From Magallana gigas (lineage: Eukaryota): a stretch of DNA of 64,000 nt. The stretch covers positions 46,004,001-46,068,000 of the forward strand of contig NC_088855.1 in assembly GCF_963853765.1 (NCBI RefSeq). Reading direction: 5' to 3'. A program made the position numbers and the translations under genes. The notes beneath the pieces were generated by a model. That model had not been told where the DNA came from, ran no database searches, and worked only from the letters and a program-made list of their open reading frames with translations. Positions 40,304 to 52,659 of the stretch are shown piece after piece (within the stretch, counting starts at the first letter, position 1; each line of letters starts with the position of its first letter).

Positions 40304-42331
40304 AGCGAAGATAGGTTAAAATGAACATTTTTATTTAAAACATCAAGCAGTAGCACATAAATAATGTTGTAAAATTGTCTTGAAAAGTCGAGTTCATAGC
40401 AAGCCTGTAGAATTTGTGTTATCATATCTATAAATTTGTAGTGAACTCGGCCGTAAATCGATTTTTTCAGAGGGTAGGGAAGGGGGGGGGGGTTGAATGG
40501 AAACAAATACTGTTTTAAATCTCTCTGTACTCATCGTTGTTTTGTTTTTTTAAAGAAAGGGCCCGGCAATCTGATTTTTTTCTATATTCCATACAAGAAA
40601 AACTTTAATTAGATTTAATACGCATAAAATAATCAAAAATGATTTCAATCGAGAATTTTATAGGCAAAAGTAAGTCACCGATGTACACACATTTAGGGTG
40701 ATTTTTTATTTTATTGGACAAATTATCAACAAAGACATCGCAATTAGGATTAGACTTCTATATAAAGCACATGCTGATAATGTATTCTAAGCTGTGTATA
40801 CCAAAAGCCGTCTTCATCGAAACGGACACAATCGATCTTTTAAGAAAGGAGTGTAACTGCATGTAACGGTTCACCGGAAATACATTGACCACGCGACAAA
40901 TCGACACTGATCAACAGGTGGCTGATAAAGAAAAGACGTATGCATTTGCAAAAATTTTTTATGCAAGGGACGATTGGCTTAATATTCAATTACAGCTGTA
41001 CTTAGGAATTAAATAATCAAGTTTTTTGACGGAATGAATTAAATTTATCATATATGTACATGTTTTCATGTGATGTCGACTGTCTTTCTCCCGCGGTATT
41101 CAGGAACACGTACTTGTGTGAAAAAAATCGCTTGCATCTTTCCTTTCGTTTAATGCATTTCACCGTTTGACAAAAAACCCACAACTAGCTAAGTATACAT
41201 GCTATCGCTTATTCTACGTAAAGGTATAGGAATATATATTTACTTACGTACGTACAATGTTAACTTTGCCAATCAATTTTTTTTCTGTTTTTAGCATTGT
41301 TCATGTGTCTCATATTCTACTGCAATTGAATAATACCGTGGTACATAGAAATAATGCTTTTTAAAAATGCATACTTTACTGGTCAATTCTATTGGCAAAA
41401 TACTGAAAGAACTCAAGATTCCATGTACAGATTCAACTGACGTCGCAAACGTCAAACTACGACGTCATTGATGATGCACGATGTAAGCATGAATACACAG
41501 TATAAAATTACTAGATAAAACATGTTAAAGTTCAGTTTATATGCATTTCTTCCTGAAATATTTAATAAAATGATGATTTTGGAAATAATCACAAATAATT
41601 CTTTATCATTATTAATTAAATTCTGCTATTTCAATAAAAAGGAAGCAAATAATTACCCTAAAATAGAGTGGTCAGTGTTATTTTCTGTTATTTAAATTTT
41701 CAAAATTTGTAAAATACACATTGGCCACACTTGAGTACCTCTACGAAACTTTGCAGGCGGAAGCATTTGTGCAATATCTCTCAGTTTTAAAAGTTTCAAA
41801 GAGGTACTCAAGTGTGGCCACATTCAAATTTGGGAAATACTGCAGTAAAATCTACAATTTTCAGCTATTTTTAACGACCATAGTATGTTTGATGATGCGC
41901 ATGTGCTAAACGGTGGGGCCGAAGTGAAAAAAATTCATATGCATAGAAGCAGAATATTGTGCCCTACATTATAAGTAATTACAATTTGTATTGTTTCAAA
42001 CTTGAGTTTTGTGAAAATTTTAAGGCACATTTTGATGCTTCGTGGCTCTAGCTCTTTGATAATGTAAATTTAAAAAAATATGAATTTTGCAGGAGGGGGG
42101 ATCTGGACCACCTGACTCTCCCCCTTCCCTCTAGATCCGTGCATGAGATTCACTAACCACGCGATCTACTTTACCCAAATGTGGTCATAGCTATGTTGGG
42201 GTTTTTTTTCCCTAGGATTTACAAGTTATGTAAAAGTAAAGATAAAATTGTGTCCCCAAAACGACGCGTTTGGATTGTGATTACTCTGATCATATTTAAG
42301 AACATACTCGTGAATACCTCAATCGTTAATC

Positions 42332-44080
42332 ATGTCGAAGAAGGTGGCAGTGGTAAGGGTTAATCTTTCTTAATTTTACTCATTTTTAGTGTATTAAAAA
42401 TCGACAGGGAGGAGGGCTTTGGGCAAAGTTCCCGGGAGCTCCTGGATTTTAGGTTTTAGCTTTTGGATTTCCCAGTTTTCTTTTTTGATAATGAGATATT
42501 GTCTCCATATGTTACATATACATACTGTACATGTGTGAGGGAAATGTTGAATTTTATAAAAATGTGTATATGAAAAACGGATGCCCCAGCGGAAACCAAC
42601 TGCATATGACTTTTGATACAAGGCGTTTTGAAACAGCTCCATTTTTACAAAGCAAAACACACAAACCTTAGATGACAAACTTTGGATCAAGTTTATAATT
42701 GTCAAATTTGAATAATTTATTAAACCAAAAAAAAGTTTAAATTTTTGGAAAGGTAAAAAAAAGTAAAATCGTCAAATGAAATCTTTCATTCTCTGAAGTA
42801 CTTTAAATTAATCAAATGTATTTTCTTGTTCCTGATTAGTTGTTTTAATTTTCTTATACTTTGAAACAAGTACGTTTTTTCTTATGTAAATTGAAAGTAT
42901 TGAAAACAGTAACGGCCATTTTTCCAATGTTTCCATCTCGGTAGTATGCAATATCTAATGCATATTAAAAACCGTGAAAAACTATTCAAAATTCATTTTA
43001 ATTTTGATTCACCCCAGTCTCCGTTTTTAAAATTTCATCTACAAATGTTTTGCTACCAGACACGAACTATGGTAACCACGCATACGCACTTTCATTACCA
43101 CATGTAAGGTTGTCCTTCGCAATGCTCTATCATCATGGAAAACATGCATGGTTTTTTTACGATTTTTATCAATGAATGTTTCCGATGAGATTCAAATAAT
43201 TCAAAAATTTTAAATTTATATCATTATTTTTATTTTGAATCTTTATTCATCTGTGCATGTCTGAACTTTATAGGTGACTGGGTCTAATAAGGGGATAGGA
43301 TACGCCATAGTTCGAGGCCTGTGCAAGCAGTTTGAGGGAGATGTTTACCTTACTGCAAGGAAGGAGGAGTTGGGCCAGGAGGCCATCAAGAGCTTAAACT
43401 CGGAGGAACTGTATCCAAAGTTCCATCAACTTGACATCACGGACCAAGCCAGCATTGATCGTATGAGAGATTTCCTCAAGAATACATACGGCGGTTTGGA
43501 CATCCTGGTCAACAATGCCGGGATTGCTTACAAGCAAGATTCTATAGTTCCATTTGCAGAACGGGCAGAAGTGACAATTAAGACAAACTACCAAGGAACA
43601 CTAGATCTCTGCAATGCCCTGTTTCCGCTATTGAGACCGCATGCGCGGGTTGTAAACGTTTCAAGCATTGCAAGTAATGCGATAAAGAAATGTAGCAAAG
43701 AGATTCAAGCAAAGTTTTTAAACTTCACAATTACAGTCGACGAACTAACGAACTTGATGAACGACTTCATACAAGCAGCAAAAAATGGGGACAACGAAAG
43801 CAAAGGGTATCCTAGCAGCGCTTACGGCATGTCAAAGGTCGGCGTATCAGTTTTGTCAGAAATTCAGCATCGCCAACTTTCGGCAGACCCGCGAGAAGAC
43901 ATCTTAGTCAATGCTTGCTGTCCTGGTTACGTCAATACGGATATGACGTTACACAAAGGGCATAAAACCATTGACCAAGGCGCAGACACACCCCTCTACC
44001 TGGCTCTTCTCCCGCCAGAAACCAAAAGTCCAGCGGGGAAGTTTTTACTGGATAGGGAGATTAAGAAATGGAACGAATAA
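42332..44080 (+). CDS. CBR1: Carbonyl reductase [NADPH] 1-like SDR, subtype B copy 3 (275 aa)
   Basis: Exon 42332-42352 (MSKKVAV, donor gtaagg) plus exon 43274-44080; VSSIAS with a one-codon deletion after it, YGMSK, CCPGYV. The intron carries an insertion of about 370 bp relative to B1 and B2. Confidence 0.92.
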
Positions 44081-45933
44081 TTCGTACTTTCATTAAATAG
44101 TTTTTATAATTAAATCTGCAATTTACTCATTTCTGCTGTGATTTATATGCTTATAACTTATGGGAGTGCAAGCACCAAATTGTCTGTAAAATAAACCATT
44201 TGCTTGCTGTGTTTTTCACTTGTGGTATTATCTAATTTTCCTTAGCTTAAATGCTATCCCGAGGATTTCAATTTATGTGTTTTATAATAACCAATTAATC
44301 ATAAGTATGATCCTGACCTACCGTATTTTCAATTATGAAATGATAATATGTATGAATATACATGTGCGACCTTTATTTAATATGATATTGAGATTTATAG
44401 GGATCAAATAACTTACCCATGAATTTTAATCTCAAATTTTGGTTTGTCATAACGTTAAATCATAATTACTTTAAATTTAGAAAGTTACAAATGCACTGGT
44501 TGAAAAATATGATATAAAATGAAAGATTTCTTAACAGCCAATAAACAACAATTAATTCTATGAAAATATGCATTTTGTAATGGACATTACTAACCTTTAA
44601 TGGAATAAATTGAAATAAAAAAGATAATATTAAACATTTATTAGAACATGTTCATCATACAAGGTTTACAATAATGTGAAAAATCGTCTCGGATCATTAA
44701 TAATGTATTATCTGAAATATAACTAAAATATCACAATAAGGGCAATTTAGCGTAAAAAATACATTTCTTCATGTCAATGTTCAAATAATAATTAATGACT
44801 AATAATAATCTCATTCTCAACGAAGTACGACAGAATTTACATAATACAAACAGAGATGACAGCGACAAACATTTTTTTATTTAATTGTAAGTAATGCACA
44901 TCAAACACCAATTCTCGGAATACATAGCGTTCAAAATCAAGGTCACCAATAAACTGGCAGTTCATACAATATGAACATGTATATTAAATATATCTCGAAA
45001 AATTGGTGTTTTATTCTAGGGGTATTCAGTTAAACACATCTTCTAACCCCCCCCTTCCCAACCTCTAAAAAAATCGGTTGTCGGTGGGCGAAGCCTAATC
45101 ACTTTTCTTCAATATACATCATTTTTCCTTATCAAGATGGACAGGAAGGTGTGAGTGAGGAGAGATATGGGAGTGTAGAGAAAGGCCAATTTTTTAATTT
45201 TAATTCATATTCCTTGTATTTATTAACTCAGAGTAATAAACACCTTCTTCCCCAAAATATTAATGCATGACACAAAATGCACTTAAATTAACAAAAAATA
45301 TTATTATGGCAAATCACAGTCAACATGCTAAGTCAATGATATCAAGAATGTTTCATATTCTCTAATCATTTGAATACCAGGTATTGTATAATAGGAATTA
45401 ATATCAATGGTTGAAGTAAAATATTAAATTGTTGTTCATTCATGTGCCTTAACAAAGATAACAAGCTTTAAAGAAGACAATTTTGACACTGATGTTGCAT
45501 TATCATATCATTGATGTGGATTTCTCAAAAACTAATTGTAAAAAGATTCTGTGAAATAAAAATGCATAGAAAAAAATGTATAACTTATAAAGTGATATAT
45601 ATAAAAAAGAATAGGATAAAATTACATAACAAATAAAATCTCATTATAAACATGATCGTTTTATTCAAACTAAATAGACATAAGTGTTAAATACAATTTT
45701 AAGCATCAAAAATCCGTCTCCAAAATGAAGTACCATCATAATCTTATAAAGTGTCTTATTTTTAAACAACAATTAAAATGAAGTTTTCTTACAAAACATA
45801 TCAGTAATCTTAACATTCCTTTTGATAGAAATGCCAAATCTAAAATTTTAAATATCCCTTTGAGGTTTTTGTAAATGAAACTTCTTTTAAATCAAACTTT
45901 TTCCACATTTTATGTTAAATTAAACCTGATGTC

Positions 45934-48900
45934 TTAGCTTGCTTTTATCCAGTCGGTGTCTGTGGTAACTACTCTTATTTCCTCAGTGATTTGGGGACCA
46001 TTCTTGGTGTTGAGATAATCAGTTAAGTTAACATTCATATCATTTAATTTCTCCAAGAATTCACAATCCCAAGCCTTATCTGCTGCATTCAATTCTAAAT
46101 TTAAAAGAATATAACATTTTGAATATCATCAATTAAATCATTTTTTATCAAGGTATTACATGTATAGTCTTCAATAAAAAGTAAACTTAACAATATTCCA
46201 TGTACTTTAAAGATGCAAAAAATTGAATTTTAAAAGTAAGTATACTTTAGAGTATACATGTATGTATTTCTGGATCTACAAACTCTAGCACATCTGATCC
46301 TGCCTTAGCTTGATTTACTTACATTTGACCCTGCCTCACGCTGATTAACCTACATCTGATCCTGTCCTATCCTGATCTGCCATCATCTTATCCCATCTTA
46401 CCCTGATTTGCCTACATCTGAACCTATCTTTCCCTGATTTACCCTAATTGATCCTGCTTTACCTTTATATTCCTACATCTGATCCTGTCTTACCCTGATT
46501 TGCTTACATTTGATCCTGTCTAGCCCTGATTTTCTTAAATCTGATCCTGGGTCCCTACCCCGATTTTTCTACATCTGATCCTGCCTTACCTTGATTTGGC
46601 TACATCTGATCCTGCCTGAATTACCTTGATTTGCCTTTGTGAAGAGAGCAGTTGTCTCCAACAGGTTGCGGTGTTCAATTTGTCTCATTTCCAGCTTGTG
46701 TTGCTGCTCTAACTCAGCTTTCTTTTGTTTATGATCTTGTTTGGTCTTCTCCATGTCATGAACTTGATAAATAATAATTCATAATGGATAATGGTTTTAA
46801 CAGAATATACAGTACTGTATCCACTACAGCATGTTTATAAGGAATTCACTCTTAAAATAATGTTGGTTTTATTGTTCCATGTCTTTAATCATATTGATAC
46901 GAATTAATTGATCATAAGATTCTACAAACAAATTACATATTAGGCTAATCAAAATCATCTGTCTTTGGCACTTTGATTTGCTTCTGTTTTACTCTACAGG
47001 AACAGAAGGATTTGATATACCCCTTACCTAGTTTGGTTCTCTCTTGTTCTTTAGAAAGCTTAAAGTCAGCAAGTTTAGCTTTCTGTTCCTCAATCTCTGA
47101 TTCTAAGCGAAGTTGTGTTCGTGATTCGATTGCAGCATTCTGCATTGCCTGCAAAAACCATTTTAAAGTTGAATAATGATTTCTTTTTAAAAAATTTCTA
47201 CACTTTTGATTTTTTGTTTTGTTTTTAACTGGTATCATATTTTAGTAATTTACAATGTCTTTAACAATGAAATTACAAAATCTCTCTCAATTTGAAATGA
47301 CATACATGTACCAGGGTAATGAATGAATCTAAATATAAAAAATTCTACTTCATTTTTTTAATTTCAGCAAGGATTGAGTCTCCTCCTTACTGCCCATGAT
47401 TTTAAACTAAATATCTATTCCTGCTATTTTCTATTTTATTCATTGGAAAATAACACAATTCATCAATGTAATCATAGAACAACTCTGCAAAGACATAGTT
47501 TTACCTGGAGACTATCACTGGCATGGTAGCCCCTGAAGACAACCTTCTGAATGCTGTACCCGATCTTGTCAGCCCGCTGGGTCAGTTGGGGGAAGGTTGA
47601 AATATCACTCAGGATCTGGGTCCGATTCAGAAACTCTTCAAACCTGACGATGTTAAAAAAGGAAATTAAAAATAATGGAGTTGTGCTGCTTGTATTGTAC
47701 AACTACAGTAAAACACGGTTATAGCGAACACCCTTATAATGAATTGACGCTTACAGCGAAGTGAAGTCTCTATTTCATGTTGTAAACTTGACGGTTATAA
47801 GGAATTACGCTTATAACGAAGTTAAATTGCCCGAGCCTGGGACTTCGTTATAAGCATGTTTTACTGTATATCACACAAACTACCGGTAATAAAATTTATT
47901 CTACGTATCTTTATTTTCTGATCATAGTTGCCATATATGGTATATCATGTTTCTTTAACTTACGAAACTTTCCCAGCAAAAGCAATGACATCTGCACATA
48001 CAGCACTGAAAAAGGAGAAATGGTTCACTTAGTATCTTCTGAGTTTTAGAAAATGTATCCCCAAATTCTGCTATTTATCATATGGAAATCCAGACGTTCG
48101 TAAAGTTTTGTTCAATTTGCTATTATTAACATTTCTGACAAACTGTAAGCTATCCATACTTAAAAACTGTCTATAGATTTGTACATGAAGATAAAAGTAT
48201 TGTAATTAACAGAATCCATATCATACATATTGATATTGTTTTCTACTCAGTACATGTACATACTTTATCATATCTGCTATAGGATCTGTTGTGGTGTTGA
48301 GCTACAAAATAAAAGAAATGGAGTCATCTGCTGTTTAATCATGTACATGTGAAACATATAAAACACTTCAATAATTCAGTTTATTACATAATTTTTAGGA
48401 CTGATAACCCTATCAATACTATATGATTTTTACACAGTAAAATTACAAATGCTGAGATAATTGTTCATTGAAACAAATGTTATAGGTGATTTAATTAATA
48501 ACATAAGCAAGATAGTGTACACACCATTTTGGTCACATCTTTCAGTTCATAAAACAGCATTAGTTTTACAGTTATCATGGTGTCATCTTGTGTTCTCACA
48601 TCCTTGACCTGTAATGAAAAACAGCACAAAATGTTAACCATTTCATTTAAAGCATGCAAAGATAAAAGCAGGTCTGCAGCATCAACTCTGAAAGTGATCA
48701 AGTGGGTTAATGGGGAGGGCCTAGCAATGCTGCTGTCTTATGCAAATAAAATAATAGAAAAAGAAGGAAATATATAATTGAAATTAAAGAGCTGGGACCA
48801 ATTTCTAAAAGCAAAATGAAACACAGATCAACAATTAATTTGCCATATCAAGAGAGGGAGGAGAGGATGCTCAACCGTGCTCCTTTCCTCTTAAACCAGT

Positions 48901-51247
48901 GCTTCGTTTTAAATTACTAGAAGGAAATGTAGAATTTTCATTCATATGATGCTTAGTATTAATGGAATAGTGATAGAAGAAATATATCTACTTTTTTTTA
49001 AGAATGAATATGTAAAAATTTTCTATCAAATGAAGTCTACCGTTTATAATATCTAACACATACATGTACCAAAGTAGATTTATTTCAAAAGTATGATTAG
49101 CTCTTGTATTGCACTGCAATTGGAGCTCTATTACTAACTGAAAGATACATATGAAACTTTCTAGGCTCTACCACAGATGGAGTATATAACTATATATTAC
49201 ATTGTAGTAGAACTGATCTGGAATGACGGCCAGCTTTTGAAATACACTTTGCCCCGGGATCATCCTGGTCTTCTCCAGGGGGTCTGTTCCATGCCATGTA
49301 AACGTATGAATCCTGAAAATTGCATATAAAATTGTAAATACATGTATATTAAAAGAATAATGCTTATCAAATTTTCTAACAAATGAACAATGCAAAATTA
49401 AACTGTTAAATTATGTCCATTTATAAATTTGTTATCAATCTTAGTTTTGATATAAAATTTTGCAATATCAACTTTTATAAATAATGCATTTACATGAATC
49501 TAGCGATAATAGTGCACAATTATACACAGCGCTAAATGATATTTATGTGATAGTGTTTATGCTGGCTTGTTACATGAAAAGTAAGAACAATATTCCTTTT
49601 AATCTACAAATCTTTCCTGCCTTAAACACTTCAGGTAGAGGGGGAAGTAAGTAAGTACCGGGTAGGTACACATGTTAGTATGTTATAAGTACAGGTACTT
49701 ACCATTCTTCAGCCTCTGGCACAAACACAGTGGGTCCCTGAACAACTCTTCTCTCTACATCTGATTCTTTCAGACGTTTGTACACAACAATCAGATGGTT
49801 GGCATCGATCTTGGTGCTTTCTTTCACGGTCACAGATTCATACAATAGGGGGTTGTTGAAAACAAAGCATGGTCTGAAAAGTTGAAATAACTGATTAAAA
49901 AACTGAATTTAATCCTTTTGATATCAATTTCTCAGCATGCAACTTTAAAATATGTGAGATTTTTTTTGAAAAATGACGAATTAGTTATTATTCACCTTCA
50001 AGTAAAATGTATTTGGTTAGGGGTCCATCTAAAGGTAGCATTTCCTTCATCTAAATCCCCATTATCAGAAATTTACTTAATTCAGTCTCATATATGCTTA
50101 CTAACTGTGCATAGGACAAATCATTGAAGTTTACATACATTCATGAATATTATTTAAATTTATGCCCTAAACATTCTGACTGACCTCTTCAAACATTTGC
50201 AAGGAAAAACTCACTAATAATAATAACCGGTAATACATGTTCTTAAGCATGCATTGACCTATAAACAGCAGCATGTTGGTGAATTGATGTTAGAATGGGA
50301 AAATATCCAATAAGTTGTCCAAGCCTGCATATGTTAATTTATAAGACTGGTCTTGGCTTTTCAACAATGTCAACAATAACATACCCCCCCCCCCCTTTTT
50401 GAAAAATCATATGACGCACATATTTAATAAGCAATGTAATCAGGGCCATTAATATACTTCCCTGATGTAATTTATAAATTTTAAGTGGTTTATAAAAGCT
50501 TACCCAGGCTTATGTTGAACTAGTCCATCTCTGTCTTTAACAACTATGTATTGATAAGGATCTGCTGTGTGTTTCTTCAAGTATTGCAATCTTTCTCTGA
50601 ATAAAAAGACCTGGAAAACGAAATTAAACATATTATCACAGGAAAAGCGGAACATTCCACAACCCTTCAATAACTGATTTAAGTGATAGGAATTTAACAA
50701 TCAGCATGTGCTTAAATTCCTGCTTTACCTCTGGAAATTCACGTATTTTTGCCAGAATCATTAATTATTATGATGTCTGCAGAATTGCATACATTTTCAC
50801 TACAAACCATCTAAAAAAACACTTTAGGTACATGAACAACTGATATTCTTCAAGACAAACTGTAGTGATAAAAGTTCTGAGAGAAAGGGAATTGTTTATC
50901 TGATGAAAAATAAAGTTCCTAATTTTTTTTTATCAAAATATTCCCGAAACTTAACTCTACTAACTTCAAACCTGATTGGCCCAGAGTCAAGGTTGAGCTT
51001 AAGATTGAAGGCATTCCTTGGCAGAATTTTAAAAGGCAATTCGACTGGGTTTTTTTTAACATGTTAAGACTGACATATGAGTGAAAAATTTTAAAATTGA
51101 AATACCGGTAGTTAAAAATCCTTTGATCATGAAAGAAATTTTTGTACAAGTAATACATACCCTTTGAGGTCCCTTGACCAGTCTTCCCTCTCCAAGGTAG
51201 TTCAAGATTACTGCCTCCTGTCCTTCCAGAACAGTTTTGAACTTCAT
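45934..51247 (-). CDS. SPFH/band-7 shoulder-domain protein with MVP-type N-terminal repeats ('mini' major-vault-protein-like, 399 aa, 11 coding exons)
   Basis: Exons 51247-51161, 50610-50504, 49873-49703, 49312-49201, 48608-48525, 48301-48264, 48005-47964, 47643-47505, 47148-47028, 46762-46625, 46094-45934. All are GT-AG, all phases are compatible, and they total 1200 nt with no internal stop. Key segments: [87 protein letters not shown], then coiled coil. Possible 5' UTR exon ending at 54822 (donor gtaaga). Confidence 0.85.
46288..46635. repeat. 31-bp minisatellite, about 11 units, filling the start of the last intron of the MVP-like gene
   Basis: Unit ctacatctgatcctgccttaccctgatttgc; on the minus strand gcaaatcagg-GTAAG-gcaggatcagatgtag. 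Confidence 0.9.
47706..47866. mobile_element. 161-bp Tc1/mariner-type MITE (TA target) in an intron
   Basis: ta|cagtaaaaca ... tgttttactg|ta; internal repeats of gcttata(a)cgaa. Confidence 0.75.
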
Positions 51248-51335
51248 TCTAGTATAAAATGACTCCTAATTTTTTAAACCTATTACCAAAAAGAATAAAA
51301 AATAAAACTAGAACTTTTTTTGTCTTCAACAAAAA

Positions 51336-52444
51336 GTAAGGGCTTTTCAACAGCCCTATAGTTTCCTTTTTTTTTTTTTAAATGTCTAAAAAATTTTGTC
51401 AAATCTATTTCCAAATTTTCTGAACACCGTGGTATAACCAGTTGCTTAAATAAGAATTCATATCAAGAAATCATTTCAAAGTAAGTATTTATTCCTTCGA
51501 CGCAAAACTTGGTATGCTGAGAGTATTTGTGCACTACATTCTTAGAGCAAAGCGAGATAACTCTTCCAAAAAATAATTTTGAAATTTAAACAAGTTATGA
51601 TCTTTAGGCCCTTCAAACCCCTATAAGGAGTCAAAAAGTGGCCCCTCGGACCATAATTTTTAAATTGTACTCTTTATTCTGAAATATTAACCGAAAAGAT
51701 TTTGAAAATCGGATGAAAAATAAAAAAGATACAGCTTAAGGGCTGTTTTCAACTTTGACCCCTCTAGATCCCTTATTTTTCAAAATTTTAATCCCAAAAC
51801 CTTTTCCGGTCTGTGTATTTGGTCCTTCATTATAAAAATTAAATATGAAAATATTTACTTGAAAACAGTTTGAGAAAACGTGGCACGCGTGAATTCAGTT
51901 TAACATTAAAACACCCATAGACGATTTTTAATCAACTTATAAAACCGGAAGTTCTCAATGGTTTCAAACGAAACTTTAAATATATGATAATTATGACAGT
52001 TTTAACATTTCCCATTCCTCATTTAACAAATTTGATGGTTATTTCAATTTTCACTTTTTTCATCCCCCCTTTTTTCATAGTTTGAAGTCTAATATCTCGA
52101 AAACAGCAAGAGATAGAAAAAAGTTGTCGCTTACAATTTTGTATATCAAACTATGAAGTATCTAAATCCAAAATTTCTTAGTTTATAATTAAAAAATAAA
52201 ATATATACAAAGGTCCTTTTACTATTTTGTTTTTTACATGTGTTAACCGGAAGTATATAGACCGGAAGTCCAAAAAGGGACATGCGGGAGAACTAAACAA
52301 TTGCTAAAAGAATCTAATTTTAAATTTTTATTTTTCGGTTCCGTTTTCAAAAAATCCATGACGAAACTTTGTCGAGAAGAATAATAATAATAAAACAGAA
52401 CGAAAACAATTGGTCTTTTCGACCGAAAGTCGAAAAGCCCTAAT
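51336..52444 (-). mobile_element. Helentron/HINE-like non-autonomous element
   Basis: On the minus strand it begins ttagggcttttcgactttcggtcgaaaagacc (sub-terminal repeat plus stem-loop), followed by ttattattattattctt, and ends agggctgttgaaaagcccttactttt (matching sub-terminal repeat, short hairpin, T run). Confidence 0.6.
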
Positions 52445-52585
52445 CATGTTTTAAAATTTCAAACAAAACTAAATGTCAATCAGAAGTTATCCTTGTTTCC
52501 TGCATGTGAATGAGTGTAGCATCTCTCTTCCTCTGTGCATAAATTACTTTAATTCTCTTACACAAACATATATTTTCTAATCACA

Positions 52586-52659
52586 AGTCATAGACTGCCC
52601 CAAAGTCTCTGTAAGAAATATGGACATTTCTTACAGAGACTTTGGGGGAGTCTATGACT
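52586..52659. repeat. Isolated hairpin with 34-bp arms (1 mismatch) and a 6-nt loop
   Basis: agtcatagactgccccaaagtctctgtaagaaat-atggac-atttcttacagagactttgggggagtctatgact. Confidence 0.85.

Larger units (their letters stand above)
37996..42057. mobile_element. About 4-kb TIR element (AG...CT termini, possibly Kolobok-like) containing nested repeats and the assembly gap
   Basis: aaagagctagagccacgaagcatcaaaa at 37996 and its exact reverse complement ending at 42057. The flanks resume the CBR A-B intergenic sequence (compare 5150 and 5330). No transposase ORF seen. Confidence 0.7.

Noticed and set aside
40105-40506. ORFs of 64-133 aa around 40.1-40.5 kb
   Set aside because: Artefacts of translating through the N gap.
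46569-46754. ORF-track 61-aa ORF as the terminal exon of the MVP-like gene
   Set aside because: It reads into the minisatellite; a phase-compatible donor at 46624 and a conserved final exon (46094-45934) give a better model.
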